Positions 13,136 through 26,240 of a DNA stretch of 64,000 nucleotides are shown here, piece after piece. A program made the translations under genes and the position numbers. The DNA comes from Octopus sinensis (taxonomy: Eukaryota), in NCBI RefSeq assembly GCF_006345805.1, contig NC_043006.1:11346001-11410000 (forward strand), written 5' to 3'. The notes under the pieces were generated by a model. The model ran no database searches. It saw only the letters and a program-made list of their open reading frames with translations, and had not been told where the DNA came from. Position 1 is the first letter of the stretch. The number at the start of each line of letters is the position of its first letter.

Positions 13136-14685
13136 TAGATGTTATGATGATGATAACAACGACAGTGGTGGTGGTGGTGATGGTGCTGATAATAATGACG
13201 ATGATGGTGATATACTGCTACAATTGTTACATGACCCAATGATGGGTTGGTTCAACCTGTTAGAAATAGCAACCGAATCTCCTTCAAAATACACCCTATC
13301 ATTCTAAAGACAGCGTGTCGGTGGCACGTAAAAGCACCCACTGCACTCTCGGAGTGGTTGGCGTTAGGAAGGGCATCCAGCCGTAGAAACTCTGCCAGAT
13401 CAAGATTGGAGCCTGGTGCAGCCATCTGGTTCGCCAGACCTCAGTCAAATCGTCCAACCCATGCTAGCATGGAAAGCGGACATTAAACGATGATGATGAT
13501 GATGATGATGTTGATGAAAGCGCATGCTGGAGAAAGTAAATCTAGATGCACAATGCTTGAATAAAAGACTGGATAGTAAATGCCAAAATGCCTTTGATTA
13601 CCATTCCGCTAAATCAAGGCTGACCTTTGACCAAACAACACAAACAACAAAACCAGTGTATATATTTCTCCAACGCATGAGTCAGTCAAACACAAAGCAC
13701 GCATCCCAAAGATAAACTCCATTACTGTTTCATAAAATGTTACACATCGCATATTTAAATGTCAGAATATTACATTTCTAAACAGGGAAGAAAATTATGA
13801 AAGCAATGAAATTAACGAAGCTTGATTGTGGTAAATACTGCAGAGCAAGAAAACACAGAGCATGCATAATTGCTTCGATTTATATTGATCAAATTAATTT
13901 CTTCCTTTTCCTCGGTAGCCTCGTTAACCTTTTAGCATTCAAGTTATTCTGTCAGATGCAATGATTGTTAATTTACATTCATCATCATCATCATCATCAT
14001 TGTTTAACGTCTGCCTTCCATGCTGACATGGGTTGGACGGTTTAACAGGAGGCGACCAGGCAGAAAACTACACCAAACTATTGGTATCTGTTTTGGTATG
14101 GCTTGTTTACAGCTGGATGCCCTTCCTAATGCCAACCACTCCGAGAGTGTAGTGGGTGCTTTTGCTAGTTTGGTGGTACTGGCAATGGTCACGCCCAAAT
14201 GGTGCTTTTTACGTGCCACCTGCACAGGAGTCAGTCCAGCGGCACTGGTGACGACCTCGCTCGAATGTTTCACGTGCCACCAGCACAAGTGCTAGTAAGG
14301 TGACGCGGTAATGATCATGCTCGAATGGTGTGCTTAAACGTGCCATCGGCATGAAGGCCAGCTTGTTGATCTGGCAACGATCTCACTCGTATGATACTCT
14401 TAGCGCTCCACTAGCAACGGATGCCAGTCACCGAGCTTGATTTCGACTTCGAAAATTCTTCAAAGCAGTGCTCCAGCATGGCAGCAGTCTAGTGACTGAA
14501 ACAAGTAAAAGATATAAGGCAGAAGCATATCAACAGTACACTGCGAATATATCTCCTTTCTTCCACCTATAATACTTGAACTTTCATGCTTTTGACAATA
14601 ACGGCTTCATCTAAATTCCGATTTGCATCTTTACATCTCCATTTTGCCAAGAAAAACTAGGACAGAAAAAAAAGATTCTACAAAC

Positions 14686-14801
14686 CATTGCCTATGTCCA
14701 CATTTTCAGATAGTTTAGAAATTTCACTGTTAACTTTCTTAGTAGCTGGCTTTTCTTGAACATCCTCATCTATCCTTTTTAGTTCTCCTTCAACATCGAA
14801 C
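14686..14801 (-). CDS. SPAG1: SPAG1 coding exon 6
   Basis: tatttag|FDVEGELKRIDEDVQEKPATKKVNSEISKLSENVDIGN|gtttgt, matching human FDVEKECLKIDED; 116 nt, phase 2/1. Confidence 0.9.
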
Positions 14802-14929
14802 CTAAATAGAAATACAAGTGATAAAATATAACGAGAGCAACACTGTTGTTTAGCAGACAGGCAGAAAGTGTTTGAAAGCTTTTCGTTTTCCAAACTTTAC
14901 ATAGGAAGAAATATCTGGGTTGGGTGGTG

Positions 14930-15770
14930 TAGTTGGAAGACATGGCCGTGTTGTGTGGTAGTACAGCAAACCACTGCTGTGTTGTGTAGCAGAAAGACAG
15001 AGTTGTTTTGTGTGGTAGGAAGAATTGGTGGTGTTGTGAGGTAGGAAGACATGGTGGTGTTGTGAGGTAGGAAGACATGGTGGTGTTGTGAGGTAGGAAG
15101 ACATGGTGGTGTTGTGAGGTAGGAAGACATGGTGGTGTTGTGAGGTAGGAAGACATGGTGGTGTTGTGAAGTAGGGAAGACATGCCTGTGTTGTATGGTA
15201 CGGTAGAAAACCATCGCAGTCTTGTGTGGCAGGAAGACAGGGTTGCGTCATAAGGTAGGTAGACATGGCGGTGTTGTGAGGTAGAAAGATATGGCTGTAT
15301 AGTGTAGTAAGGAAAAAAGGTTGCATTGTGTTTCAATTAGAACACATGGCTGAGTTGAACAGCAAACAAATATGGCTGTGTTGTGTAGCAGAAAGTCATG
15401 GCTAGATTGTGTGATATGTAGCAAGATGCAGTTATGTTGTGTTGTGTAACAGGAACACATGGCCATGTTGGAGGATATGGCTGTACTTTGAGCTGCGGTA
15501 GGAAAACATAGCTGTGCTCTCAAATGTATTAGTTAGACATGGCTGTGTTGTGAAGTGTAGTAAGAGGAAGTGGTTGTGCTGTGAGGTATAGTAGGAAAAC
15601 ATGGCTGTGTTGTGAGGTGTGGTAAGAAGACATGGCTGTGTTGAGACATGATAGGAAAATATAGCTGTGATGTGAGACGTGATAGAAATACATAGTTCTG
15701 TTGTGAGATGTAGTAGGTAAACTTGACTGTGTTGTGAGGTGTAGTAGGATAACATGGAGTAGGAAAACAA
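14930..15770. repeat. 26-bp minisatellite (GTGTTGTGAGGTAGGAAGACATGGTG) with degenerate flanks
   Basis: Five near-perfect units at 15031-15170, decaying outward. Confidence 0.85.
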
Positions 15771-16139
15771 CACCCGAAGAAAATCGAAGGGAAACCACCT
15801 TCATGGTCACCACCAACATCATCATTTTAAAAAACACTTTTTAATACTTGTATGGGTCAGATGGAATTTGTTGAGGTAGATTTTCTATGTCTTGATGCCT
15901 TTCCTGTCACTAACCCTCACTTGTTTTTAAGAAATATAATACTTTCCCCATGGTCAAAATATGTTTTTTCAGAAGTTTGTAAATGGACACCGCTTGCATG
16001 AGAGAGACACTTGTTCACAACTATTTTGCAATGCCAAAGCAAGGGGACAGAAACAAACACACACACACATATTGACATACGTAAGTCACAATATATGGAT
16101 TCAAGTAACTTGGTATTACTCATAAAAAAAAGATCCTTA

Positions 16140-17870
16140 ATGTATCATTCTACTATTAAGACTTTGGTTTTTGCTAGATTGACTCTAAGGCCCTTCGATT
16201 CTAGACCTTGCTACCACACCTGGAACTTCTCCTCTAGTTTTGATAGTGACTCAGCTATTAGAGCAAGGTCATCAGCATAGAGAAGCTCCCAGGGGCATCC
16301 TGGCTTGAATTCCTCTGTTATTGCTTGGAGGATTATGATGAATAAGAGGGGGCTGAGGACTGATCCTTGGTGGATCCCTGCCCAGAATTCTTCACTATAC
16401 TCATTGCCAACCCTCATCTTACTGACAGTATCCCTATACATGGCTTGTACAGCTCTCACTAACCCCTCATCTATCCCTAGTTTCTGCATTGACCACCGGA
16501 TAAGGGATCGGGGGACGCTGTCAATAGCTTTCTCCATGTCAGCGAAAGCCAGGTAAAGAGGTTTATCTTTGGCTAGATATTTCGGATCTTTGCGGTTTGA
16601 ACGGCAGTTTTTAACATAATTTCTAGGTAACTAAAAAATTTGAAACTTCGTATGCTGGTAGAATGTGTTTATAAAACATATTTTTCTCTTAACTTTATTG
16701 AGAAAATTTGATAGTTTGTAAGATATTTGTTGTTTTTTTCCTTCAATTTCTGCAATTTCAACCAATCACTGATGTCTACTGAGGTAAAAAAAAAAACATT
16801 CTGTGCCGTATAAATATGTCTCTCGTTTAAGAAACAGATTGGGTTTATTTACATTTCCTCCCACCCCTAACATTAACCCTAAAATAGATTGAAATGCAAT
16901 AGATCGATACTAGGGTCATAATTATGGGTGACAATTTCATATGACACCGCAAGAAAAAACTGCCATTCAAACCGAAAAGATCCAATATTTCTTCTGCAAC
17001 CCAAACTGCATCTCATCTAAACTGACTGTCTCCCTAATTAGTTGGACTATGACCCTCTCTGCGACTTTCATTACCTGATCCAACAACTTGATACCTCTGT
17101 AATTATTCGTATCTAATGCATCACCTTTACCTTTATAGCAGTTAACTATAGTGCTGCTACACCAGTCATTGGGTATGACTTCTTCGTGTATCACCTGATT
17201 GACTATACGGGTGACTAGACTATAGCCGACACCACCAGATATTTTAAGCATCTCTACAGTAATTCCTGATGGGCCAGAGGCTTTTCCCTGCCTTCATAGT
17301 CTTAATTGCTTTATCTACCAAGGTACTGTCAATTCGGATAGCTGGTCCCTCTGTTGAGTCGACATTCGGCAGACTCTTTCTTCCATTCCTTCTCTTCATT
17401 TAGCAACCTTTCGTAGTGGCATCTCCAAGTCTCTCTTTTTGCAGTCTCATTAAATGCAAATGAGCCATCATCCATGCATACACATTTCTCTCCTACAACA
17501 TCACGATTCTCTCTCACACACTGTCTTGCAACACAAAACACTTCGAGTCTTTGGTCCTTGTAATGCAGAACATTGACAATTTTTTTTCTTATCTGCTTCC
17601 CTTCCAGCTAAGTAAACCTGTCTCCTAGCTTCCCTTCTGGCAATCTGATGCAATTCCCAGCTACCACCGTTCTTCCAGTCCTTCCATGCCTGTTTCTTTT
17701 CCCTAATGGCCCTGTCGACTACATTGTTCCACCACGACATTACCTTGGGCCGAGAGGGGACTTTGCACCATCCACAAACCTGGTCGGTAGCCCTCAACAG
17801 GTTGTTCCGTAGAAACCTCCTGTGATGCTATATTCCCCTTCTATTTCGTCAAAAGCTTTGAGTAATATGC
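16140..17870 (-). mobile_element. RTE-clade LINE reverse transcriptase remnant
   Basis: YKGKGDALDTNNYRGIKLL, (D)MEKAIDSVPR, GIHQGSVLSPLLF and LLYADDL motifs; frameshifted and split by a MITE. Confidence 0.9.
16584..16983. mobile_element. Merlin-like MITE inserted in an RTE LINE
   Basis: TIRs GGATCTTTGCGGTTTGAACGGCAG / CTGCCATTCAAACCGAAAAGATCC; TSD GATATTTC / AATATTTC; related to 2317-2700. Confidence 0.75.
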
Positions 17871-17997
17871 CTCCTAGCTTCCCTGATGCAATTCCCTGCT
17901 ACCACTGTTCTTCTTTTCCTTTCTGCACCAGTAAGATTCTAATGACTTGTGGTGAACTTTCTCAATAAATGAAACAGTGAGAACATGATACACTTAC

Positions 17998-18056
17998 TTG
18001 TCCCATTCTTTGATATCACGAGGTTTTGGAGAAGCCTTTTTTGATGAACCTTTTTT
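17998..18056 (-). CDS. SPAG1: SPAG1 coding exon 5
   Basis: tttgcag|KKGSSKKASPKPRDIKEWD(K)|gtaagt, matching human PRDYAEWDK; 59 nt, phase 0/2. Confidence 0.9.
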
Positions 18057-19773
18057 CTGCAAATATAAAACAAAATATTTCAAATGTTAATGATTCAAGA
18101 ACAAGCAGCAGAAACTGTTATTTGGAGCATCTTGCTGGATTCCATTTTCATTAATGTTGAGATAGTATGCTCAGCTCTACTTAAAAGGATCCATTATACT
18201 GTCATAGTGACCAGGTGATTAGAAACAACCTGATTGGCCAGCCCCTTAGATGCACACACACACACACACACACACAATTATCTGGATTGAAGGTATTTGG
18301 AGTAGTGGTTAGGGTGTTGCACTGACAACTGCAAGATTGTGGGTTCAATTTCCAGATGTGCTGCACATTGTATCATCATCATCATTTAACGTCTGCTTTC
18401 CATGCTAGCATGGGTTGGACGGTTTGACTGAGGACAGGCGAACCAGATGGCTGCACCAGGCTCCAGTCTTGATCTGGCAGAGTTTCTACGGCTGGATGCC
18501 CTTCCTAAAGCCAACCACTCTGAGAGTGTAGTGGATGCTTTTTATGTGCCACCAGCACGAGAGCCAGTTTGGTGGTACTGGCAATGGCCACGCCCAAATG
18601 GTGCTTTTTACGTGCCACCTGCACAGGAGCCAGTCCAGCGGCACTGGCGACGACTTCGCTCGAATGTTTCACAAGCCACCAGCACAAGTGCTAGTAAGGT
18701 GACGCGGTAAGCAAAACACTTCGTCTCACTGTAGCTTCATTCCATTCAGCTATAAATGGCATACAAGGGTGAGTGAGATGGTGACTCAAAAAAATCACCC
18801 AAACTGAAACCTCACAAGCCACACTTCACATTCAGCGATCAAAAGGATGAATAGTACAACTCATTGAGTAAATCCCAACTTGTAGGGATTAGTTGTTCAA
18901 CGACGTCCATGGTCATCATCATCATCAAATACCTAAATATTAAAAAATTTTAATGTGAGAGAAATTTAAGAACATAAACTCTGCTCACAAAGACCTGTTG
19001 AGGCAAGTGAAATTGAAATCAAATTTGATGACTGGCATCCATGCTAGCGGAGCGCTAAGAGCAACATCCGAGTGTGATCGTTGCCAGAGCAACTAACTGG
19101 CTTCCGTGTCAGTGGCACATAAAAGGGCACTATTCGAGCATGATCGTTACCAGCGTCGCCTTACTGGCTCTTCTACAGGTGGCACGTGAAAAACAACATT
19201 TGAGCGAGATCGTTGCCAGTGCCGCTGGACTGGCTCCTGTGCAGGTAGCACGTAAAAAACACCATTTGAGCGTGACTGTTACCAGTACCGCCGAACTGGC
19301 CCTTGTGCCGGTGGCATGTAAAAGCACCCACTACACTCGCGGAGTGGTTGGCGTTAGGAAGGGCATCCAACTGTAGAAACTCTGCCAGATCAAGATTGAA
19401 GCCTGGTTCGCCAGTCCTAAGTCAAATTGTCCAAATATGCATGCAATATATGCACATACATGGAAAATATAAATGCATTTGTATCCACATATAACATAAG
19501 CACAATATATATTGTACACATATACATATAACATCCACAATATATATTTTATGCACCAATATACTTTATGCATAAAATATATATTAATTAATCATTAAAA
19601 CATTTTACGCACAGCATGAATCTGAAGGGTTATATGAGCAACAACGCAATCCTAGACAAAAACCAACACTCAAATTATAGACTCAACTGGGATGATACCC
19701 CAGTGGAGTATGAGATTATGGAATTACAATGAAAGTACAAAGGTTTCTTTGTTGAGGATGGTTGGATGGTTAC

Positions 19774-19899
19774 CTTTTCTTTTTCGGGCTTCCCTTTCTT
19801 TCCTTCTGCATTTCTGATGGGGGGTATATCATCTACAGCCTTTTTAGAATTTTTTTTCTTCAAAGATCCGTCCAGCTTACACATGTTGCTGGACCAATT
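19774..19899 (-). CDS. SPAG1: SPAG1 coding exon 4
   Basis: tctttctttag|NWSSNMCKLDGSLKKKNSKKAVDDIPPIRNAEGKKGKPEKEK|gtaacc. The W and LPPVR-like motif match human SPAG1; 126 nt, phase 0/0. Confidence 0.85.
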
Positions 19900-20755
19900 C
19901 TAAAGAAAGACGTAATAGTAGTGACACTATAGACGTATGTTTCCATTTGTTACAAACGAACATCAAAAGAAAAGATTTTTTACCAAAAAAAATAAAAAAA
20001 CATTCCTTTAAAGTTATTGCCTAATGTGTGAAAGTTCTTATGAAATCAATAAATCAATTTCATGATTCAAGACATAAAATGAATTCATTTCATTTATATC
20101 AGACGAAGGCGTGGCTGTGTGGTAAGTAGCTTGCTTACGAACCACATGGTTCTGGGTTCAGTCCCACTGTGTGGCACCTTGGGCATGTGTGTTCTACTAT
20201 AGCCTCGGGCCGACCAAAGCCTTGTGAGTGGATTTGGTAGGCGGAAACTGAAAGAAGCCTGTCGTATATATATGTATATATATGTGTGTGTGGGTGTGTG
20301 TGTATATGTGTGTGTGTGTTTGTGTGTCTGTGTTTGTCCCCCCAACATCGCTTGACAACCGATGCTGGTGTATTTACATCCCCGTAACTTAGTGGTTCGG
20401 CAAAAGGGACCGATAGAATAAGTACTAGGGTCGATTTGCTCAACTAAAGGCGGTGCTCCAGCATGGCCACAGTCAAAATGACTGAAACTATTACAATAGT
20501 AAAGAGAAGGGTAGTTTAGCTCACCCCTAAATCCTTCATTACCAAACGTCTACCTTAAACTTGGCTATCTCCTTTCTACATTTTTTCTAATATACCTGAA
20601 CTTTATTTACAGCTTTCCCCACTCACTTCTTTTCATTTTTAAGTAGAACCAAAACATACACTGCTCAGAATCTCAGAACTCAACTCACTTTCACAATACA
20701 CACAAACTTATCATGCTGTACAAAATTTAACAACATCATCAAAAATTATTCTCAC

Positions 20756-20840
20756 CTCCAGCTCAGCTTGTAAGGCTATGTTTTCTTCTTGACTTAGATC
20801 AGTAATTTTTTTCAAGGGTTCTTCTCTCCTTAGAGCACGA
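20756..20840 (-). CDS. SPAG1: SPAG1 coding exon 3
   Basis: tacag|T CGT GCT... = RALRREEPLKKITDLSQEENIALQAELE (human RALRKDKP...). Donor GAG|gtgaga; 85 nt, phase 2/0. Confidence 0.9.
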
Positions 20841-21588
20841 CTGTATTTGGAATTAGAAAAATGAAAAAGAAATTAAAGAAAACAAGAAGAGAAAAAGACA
20901 GACATATAGCAAAGATCAATAATAATAGCAGACCATTCGAACGTGAAGCACACCATTCAAGCGTGATCGTTACCACGTCACCTTACTAGCACTTGTGCTG
21001 GTGGCACATGAAACATTCGAGCGAGGTCGTCGCCAGTGCTGCTGGACTGGCTCCTGTGCAGGTGACATAAAAAGTACTATTTGGGCATGGCTGTTGCCAG
21101 TACCACCAAACTGGCCCTCGTGCCGGTGGCACGTAAAAGCACCCACTACACTCTCGGAGTGGTTGGCGTTAAGAAGGGCATTCAGCTGTAGAAACTCTGC
21201 CAAATCAGACTGGAGTCTGGTTCGCCATGCTGCGGCCATGCTGGAGCACCGCCTTTAGTCAAGGAAATCGACCCCAGGACTTATTCTTTGTAAGCCCAGT
21301 ACTTATTCTATCGGTCTCTTTTGCCAAACACACCAGCATCGGTTCTCAAGCGATGTTCGGAGGGGACAAACACAGACACACAAACACACACCTGGCACCT
21401 GTGTCGGTGGCACATAAAAAGCACCCACTACACTCACGGAGTGGTTGGCGTTAGGAAGGGCATCCAGCTGTAGAATCACTGCCAGATCTGACTGGCCTGG
21501 TGCAGCCTTCGGACTTCCCAGACCCCAGTTGAACCGTCCAACCAATGCTAGCATGGAAAGCGGACGTTAAATGATGATGATGATGATG

Positions 21589-21621
<33 letters not shown>

Positions 21622-22252
21622 TATATACGACAGGCTTCTTTCAGTTTCCGTCAGCCAAATACACTCACAAAGCTTTGGTCGGCCTGAGGCTATAGTAGAA
21701 GACACATGCCCAAGGTGCCACGCAGTGGGACTGAACCTGGAACCATGTGGTTGGTAAGCAAGCTACTTACCACACAGCCATTCATGCGCCTATGTCTGTT
21801 TGTCATTTTTGTCTATTTTCTCATGCTATAGTTACCTTTTGGCAGTCCATGCAAGTAAAATAGTAAACTGGAGATCCAAGGTAGCATTTTAAGGGTCCAT
21901 GAAAAATTTTTTACTTCAGATGTACTTATTAAACGATATAACCCAGTTTCTTTCTCTAATGTTTTGCATAGTGCAAACTCCACAAATTAATATTTGAGAA
22001 GCAAAATGGGGATTTTGAAAGGAGTATCTATGAAACTAGTTTTTTAAATACAGATTAGCCATGGGGATCCACTAGAATAAAATAGTAATCAAAGGGGTCC
22101 ATATATAAAAAATATGGTTGAGAACAGACATTACAGCAAACAAACCAAACTTTATGCACAGGAGGGGGGGGAGGTGGAGGGAGGAGGAGGTGGAAGATGA
22201 GGACAGAAAGGTGAAAACAGATCAGTCACAATAAAATAATAATCTTAAATAC

Positions 22253-22327
22253 CTGTTTGGATGCATTTCTCGGAGTTTTTCTTCACAACATTTTTCAAGC
22301 TCAGCATAATGTCCTTCTTCTCCGGAC
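22253..22327 (-). CDS. SPAG1: SPAG1 coding exon 2
   Basis: tag|G TCC GGA... = (R)SGEEGHYAELEKCCEEKLREMHPN(S), matching human SGEEGYYPELTEFCEKHLQALAPES. 75 nt, phase 2/2, donor AG|gtattt. Confidence 0.92.
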
Positions 22328-22333
22328 CTATAA

Positions 22334-22364
<31 letters not shown>

Positions 22365-25300
22365 AAAAATAATAATAATAATAAAAATAATAATAATAAT
22401 GATAATAATAATGATGGTTTCAAATTTTTCCACAAGGGCAGCCACTTTTGTGGGGAGGGGATAAGTCAATTACATTGACTCCAGTGTTTCAGTGGTACCT
22501 AATTCATTGACCCCAAAAAGATGAAAGGCAAAGTCGACCTCGGCACAAACTGAATTCAGAATATAAAGACGAATGAAATGCCATGAAGCAGTTTGCCCCC
22601 TATGCAAATGGCTCTGTCAGCTTGCCATCATAATAATAATCCCTTTTTTTCGAAAGGTACACAGCCTGAAATTTTGTGGGGAAAAAGGGCTAGTCAATTA
22701 CATCAACCCCAGTGTTCAATTGGTACTTATTTTATCAACCCTGAGAGGATGGAAAGCAAAGTCGGCCTCGGCAGAATTTGAACTCAGAATGTTAAGGACA
22801 GACAAAATGCTGCTGAGCATTGTGCCCAGTGTGCTAACAATTCTGCCAGCTCACTGTCCCACAATAAAAATTATAATAACAATAATAACAAGAGCACTCA
22901 GAGAGCACAAACCTCCGCCAAGGCAACGATAATGTCCTCTCAACGATTAGCCAGAGAGGATTTTCAAAATGAGAATATCTGAAATAAACTTGGCTGCCCT
23001 CACAAATGAGAATAATAAAAATTAACCCGACCTCTCTCAAAAATTAAATAAAAAAACAAGAAAAATAATTCAGAATCCTTATCCGCTACTGGATCAATCC
23101 CAAAATCTTATTAGTTTGTACCAGTCACAACGCCAAACATCCCGACAGTTTCATCCAAATCCATCCAGCGGTTCTTGAGATATCTTGTCTACAGGCAAAC
23201 AAGCAAACAAAAACAAACAAACACAACTGAAAACAATACCTCTGCCTTCGCTAAGGCAGAGGTAATAGTAACTGTTTCTAGTATAGACACAAGGCCTAAA
23301 ATTTGGGAGGGTGGCATACTCAATTACATCAACAACTACTTGACTGGTACTTTATTTTATTGATGATTGGCATCCGTGCTAGCAGGGTGCAAAGAGCACC
23401 ATATGAGTGTGATCATTGACAGAGCGGCTAACCAGCCCCGTGCCAGTGGCACTTAAAATGCACCATTCGAGTGTGATCATTACCAGCGTCGCATTACTGG
23501 CACTCAAGCCCCGTGCTAGTAAGGTATTAAGAGCACCATCCGAACATGATCGTTGCCAGAGCGGCTATCTGGCCTCCATGCCGGTGGCACGCAAAAGACA
23601 CCATTCAAGCGTGATCGTTACCAGCATCGCCTTACTAGCACCTGTGCCGGTGGCATGCATAAAAGATTCGAGCAAGGTTGTTGCCAATGCCGCCTGACTG
23701 GCTCCCGTGCTGGTGGAACATAAAGAGCACCCACTACACTCTCGGAGTGGTTGGCGTTAGGAAGGGCATTTAGCTGTAGAAACTCTGCCAGATCAAAATT
23801 GAAGCCTGGTGCAGCCATCTGGTTCGCCAGCCCTCAGTCAAAATCGTCCAACCCATGCTAGCATGGAAAGCAGACGTTAAACGATGATGAGGATGATCCT
23901 AAACAAGGGCAAACCTAAAAAGAGAACAATAATAAAAGCACAAGGTACTTCCTGAGATATTGAGTCAAGTACTCGATTGATACTTTATTTTATTGACTTC
24001 GGAAAGGATAAACGGCTAAGTTGACCTCGGCAGGATTTGAACTCATAACATAAAGGTATACAACCAAACACCACAAGGTACTTTCTTCAAAAAACCTACT
24101 GATGTAGTATTAATGGCATTAGACAGGAAAACAATTGGCAGAGTCACTAGAACAAGAGATAGAAGGTGCTGCAGTATCTATTCCAACACTGTACTCCGAG
24201 TTCAAACACAGTTGAGGTCAACTCTGTTAGTCATCCTTTTCATCATCATCATTCAATGTCCGCTTTCCTTGCTAGCATGGGTTGGACAATTTGACTGAAG
24301 TCTGGCGAACCAGACTCCAATCTGATCTGGCTGACTTTCTACAGCTGGATGCCCTTCCTAACGCCAACCACTCCGAGAGTGTAGTGGGTGCTTTTAGAAG
24401 GGCCAGTTTGGTGGTACTGGCAACGGCCATCCTTTTATAATTAGGAAATAAACTACCAGTCACATGGGGGTGCCACCTGTTCTCCCTCCACTTGTCACAT
24501 TCTTTGAGGTTCCACTAGGTCAAGGCTTGGAGGACTAAGGGGGTTTCTTTAACTGCTCACAACTATAAGGGAACCTCTCCCAAGGAAGAGACTGATACCA
24601 CGTCATTCTTCATTGTGAGCAAGAGACATAAAACCAGTGGCAGGTTTACCAGGTCATCCTTCGAAATTTCTTCTGGGTAGAAATGAAATCAGTTTTGTTT
24701 GAATTTGGCAGGAGTCAGTACTATTATCATCACCATCACCATTTAATATCCACTTTACATGCTGGCATGGGTCAGACGGTTTGACTAGAATGCTGCACCA
24801 GGTTCTGGTTTGATTTGGCATGGTTTCTACAGCTGGATGCTCTTCCTAACACCAACATTATCTTATACTAATTTAATCAACTCCTGTGTGATTAGAAATT
24901 AGAACATCATCATCATCATCATCATCATCACCATCTGTTAACATTCATCTTCCATACTAGCATGGGTTGGATGGTTTGACCGCATCCAATGGGTCTGAGG
25001 ACTGCATTGTGCCCCAGGTTCTTCTTTGCCATGGTTTCTATGGCTGGGTGCCCTTCCTAACACCAACCACCTTACAGAGTGCACTGGGTGCCTTTTTTTA
25101 TCATGGCACCAACACTAGTGAAAGCAGTAAAACATAAAACAGGATAATATTGTGGTTCAGCCCAGAGTCTGCTGTGAGCCAGCAGACATATAATCAAAAG
25201 GTGTTCCAGCCATGACCATCCATTTTATATTTCAGACATCATGAAAAAAAGCACTACATTATCCAAAGTGTTCTTTCTATTCTTAAAGCCAACAGGGTGT

Positions 25301-25527
25301 GATTTGGGGGAAATTTTTTTTGTCCATTTCTAGCAGGTTGACCGACCTAACAGAGATTCCCTCTATGACTTGTTAATGGTCATCATCATTTTACCATCCA
25401 CTTTCTTATGCTTGTATAAATCGGACAGAATTTGTTAAGACACATTTTCTACAGCTGGATGCCCTTCCTGTCACCAATCCTCCCCTGTGTCCATACAAGG
25501 TAATATTTCCCTACAATCATCACAATA

Positions 25528-26240
25528 TAAGAGTGGTTGTATACTGTCAACATAACGTGACAGTCCCGTATGGAATCACACCACCGTTGTTTAGCCCTAG
25601 GAAGCATCGAACGCTTCCTGTCGGCTTTGACACATTTCCTGTGTCCTTATATTTGTGAAGGGGAGGCAAGCAACCCCACCAGCCAAGATTCACACCTTAG
25701 GACATGCATGTTTCTGGGTCTTAACTCGTCATCAGCCAAGGATAGTGAGATCTGCTGACTGAGGTGCCAGTCTAGCCTTCACAAATATATATGTGCCGGT
25801 GGCACGTAAAATGCACCAATGCGACCGTGGCCGATGCCAGCCTCGCCTGGCACCTGTGCAGGTGGCACGTAAAAAGCACCCACTACACTCACGGAGTGGT
25901 TGGCGTTAGGAAGGGCATCCAGCTGTACAAACACTGCCAGATAAGACTGGAGCCTGGTGCAGCCTTCTGGCTTCCCAGATCCCCAGTCGAACCGTCCAAC
26001 CCATGCTAGCATGGAAAGCGGACGTTAAACAATGATGATGATGATGATGAAATCTATTCACTGGTCACCGTAATTAGAAATATTGGATTTCTAAATGTCT
26101 CAAAGAGACATGAGAGGTGGTGGAGCAATAGAGTGGCTGTATACTGTCAACATAAGGTGACAGTCCCGTAAAGGGAATTACACCATCACTGTTTAGCCCT
26201 AGGAAGCATCGACGCTTCCTATCGGCTTAGCACGAGGGTA
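25528..26240 (-). mobile_element. Non-LTR retrozyme-like element (~340-nt unit, ~1.3 copies) interrupted by a LINE 3' UTR insertion (~25792-26050)
   Basis: Direct repeat 25531-25627 / 26131-26228, many hairpins, hammerhead, no ORF. Confidence 0.6.
25695..25741 (-). ncRNA. Type I hammerhead ribozyme in a retrozyme-like element
   Basis: Minus strand reads CCTTGG-CTGATGA-cgagttaagaccca-GAAAC-ATGCAT-GTC-CTAAGG: stem I, intact core, palindromic stem III and GUC triplet; stem II has two mismatches. Confidence 0.8.

Noticed and set aside
14779-15837. Repetitive His/Thr/Pro ORFs in three frames
   Set aside because: Produced by a stop-free 26-bp minisatellite; intronic to SPAG1.
19675-19773. Extension of SPAG1 exon 4 reading frame
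   Set aside because: The donor at 19773 gives the correct phase into exon 5; the extension runs into a stop.
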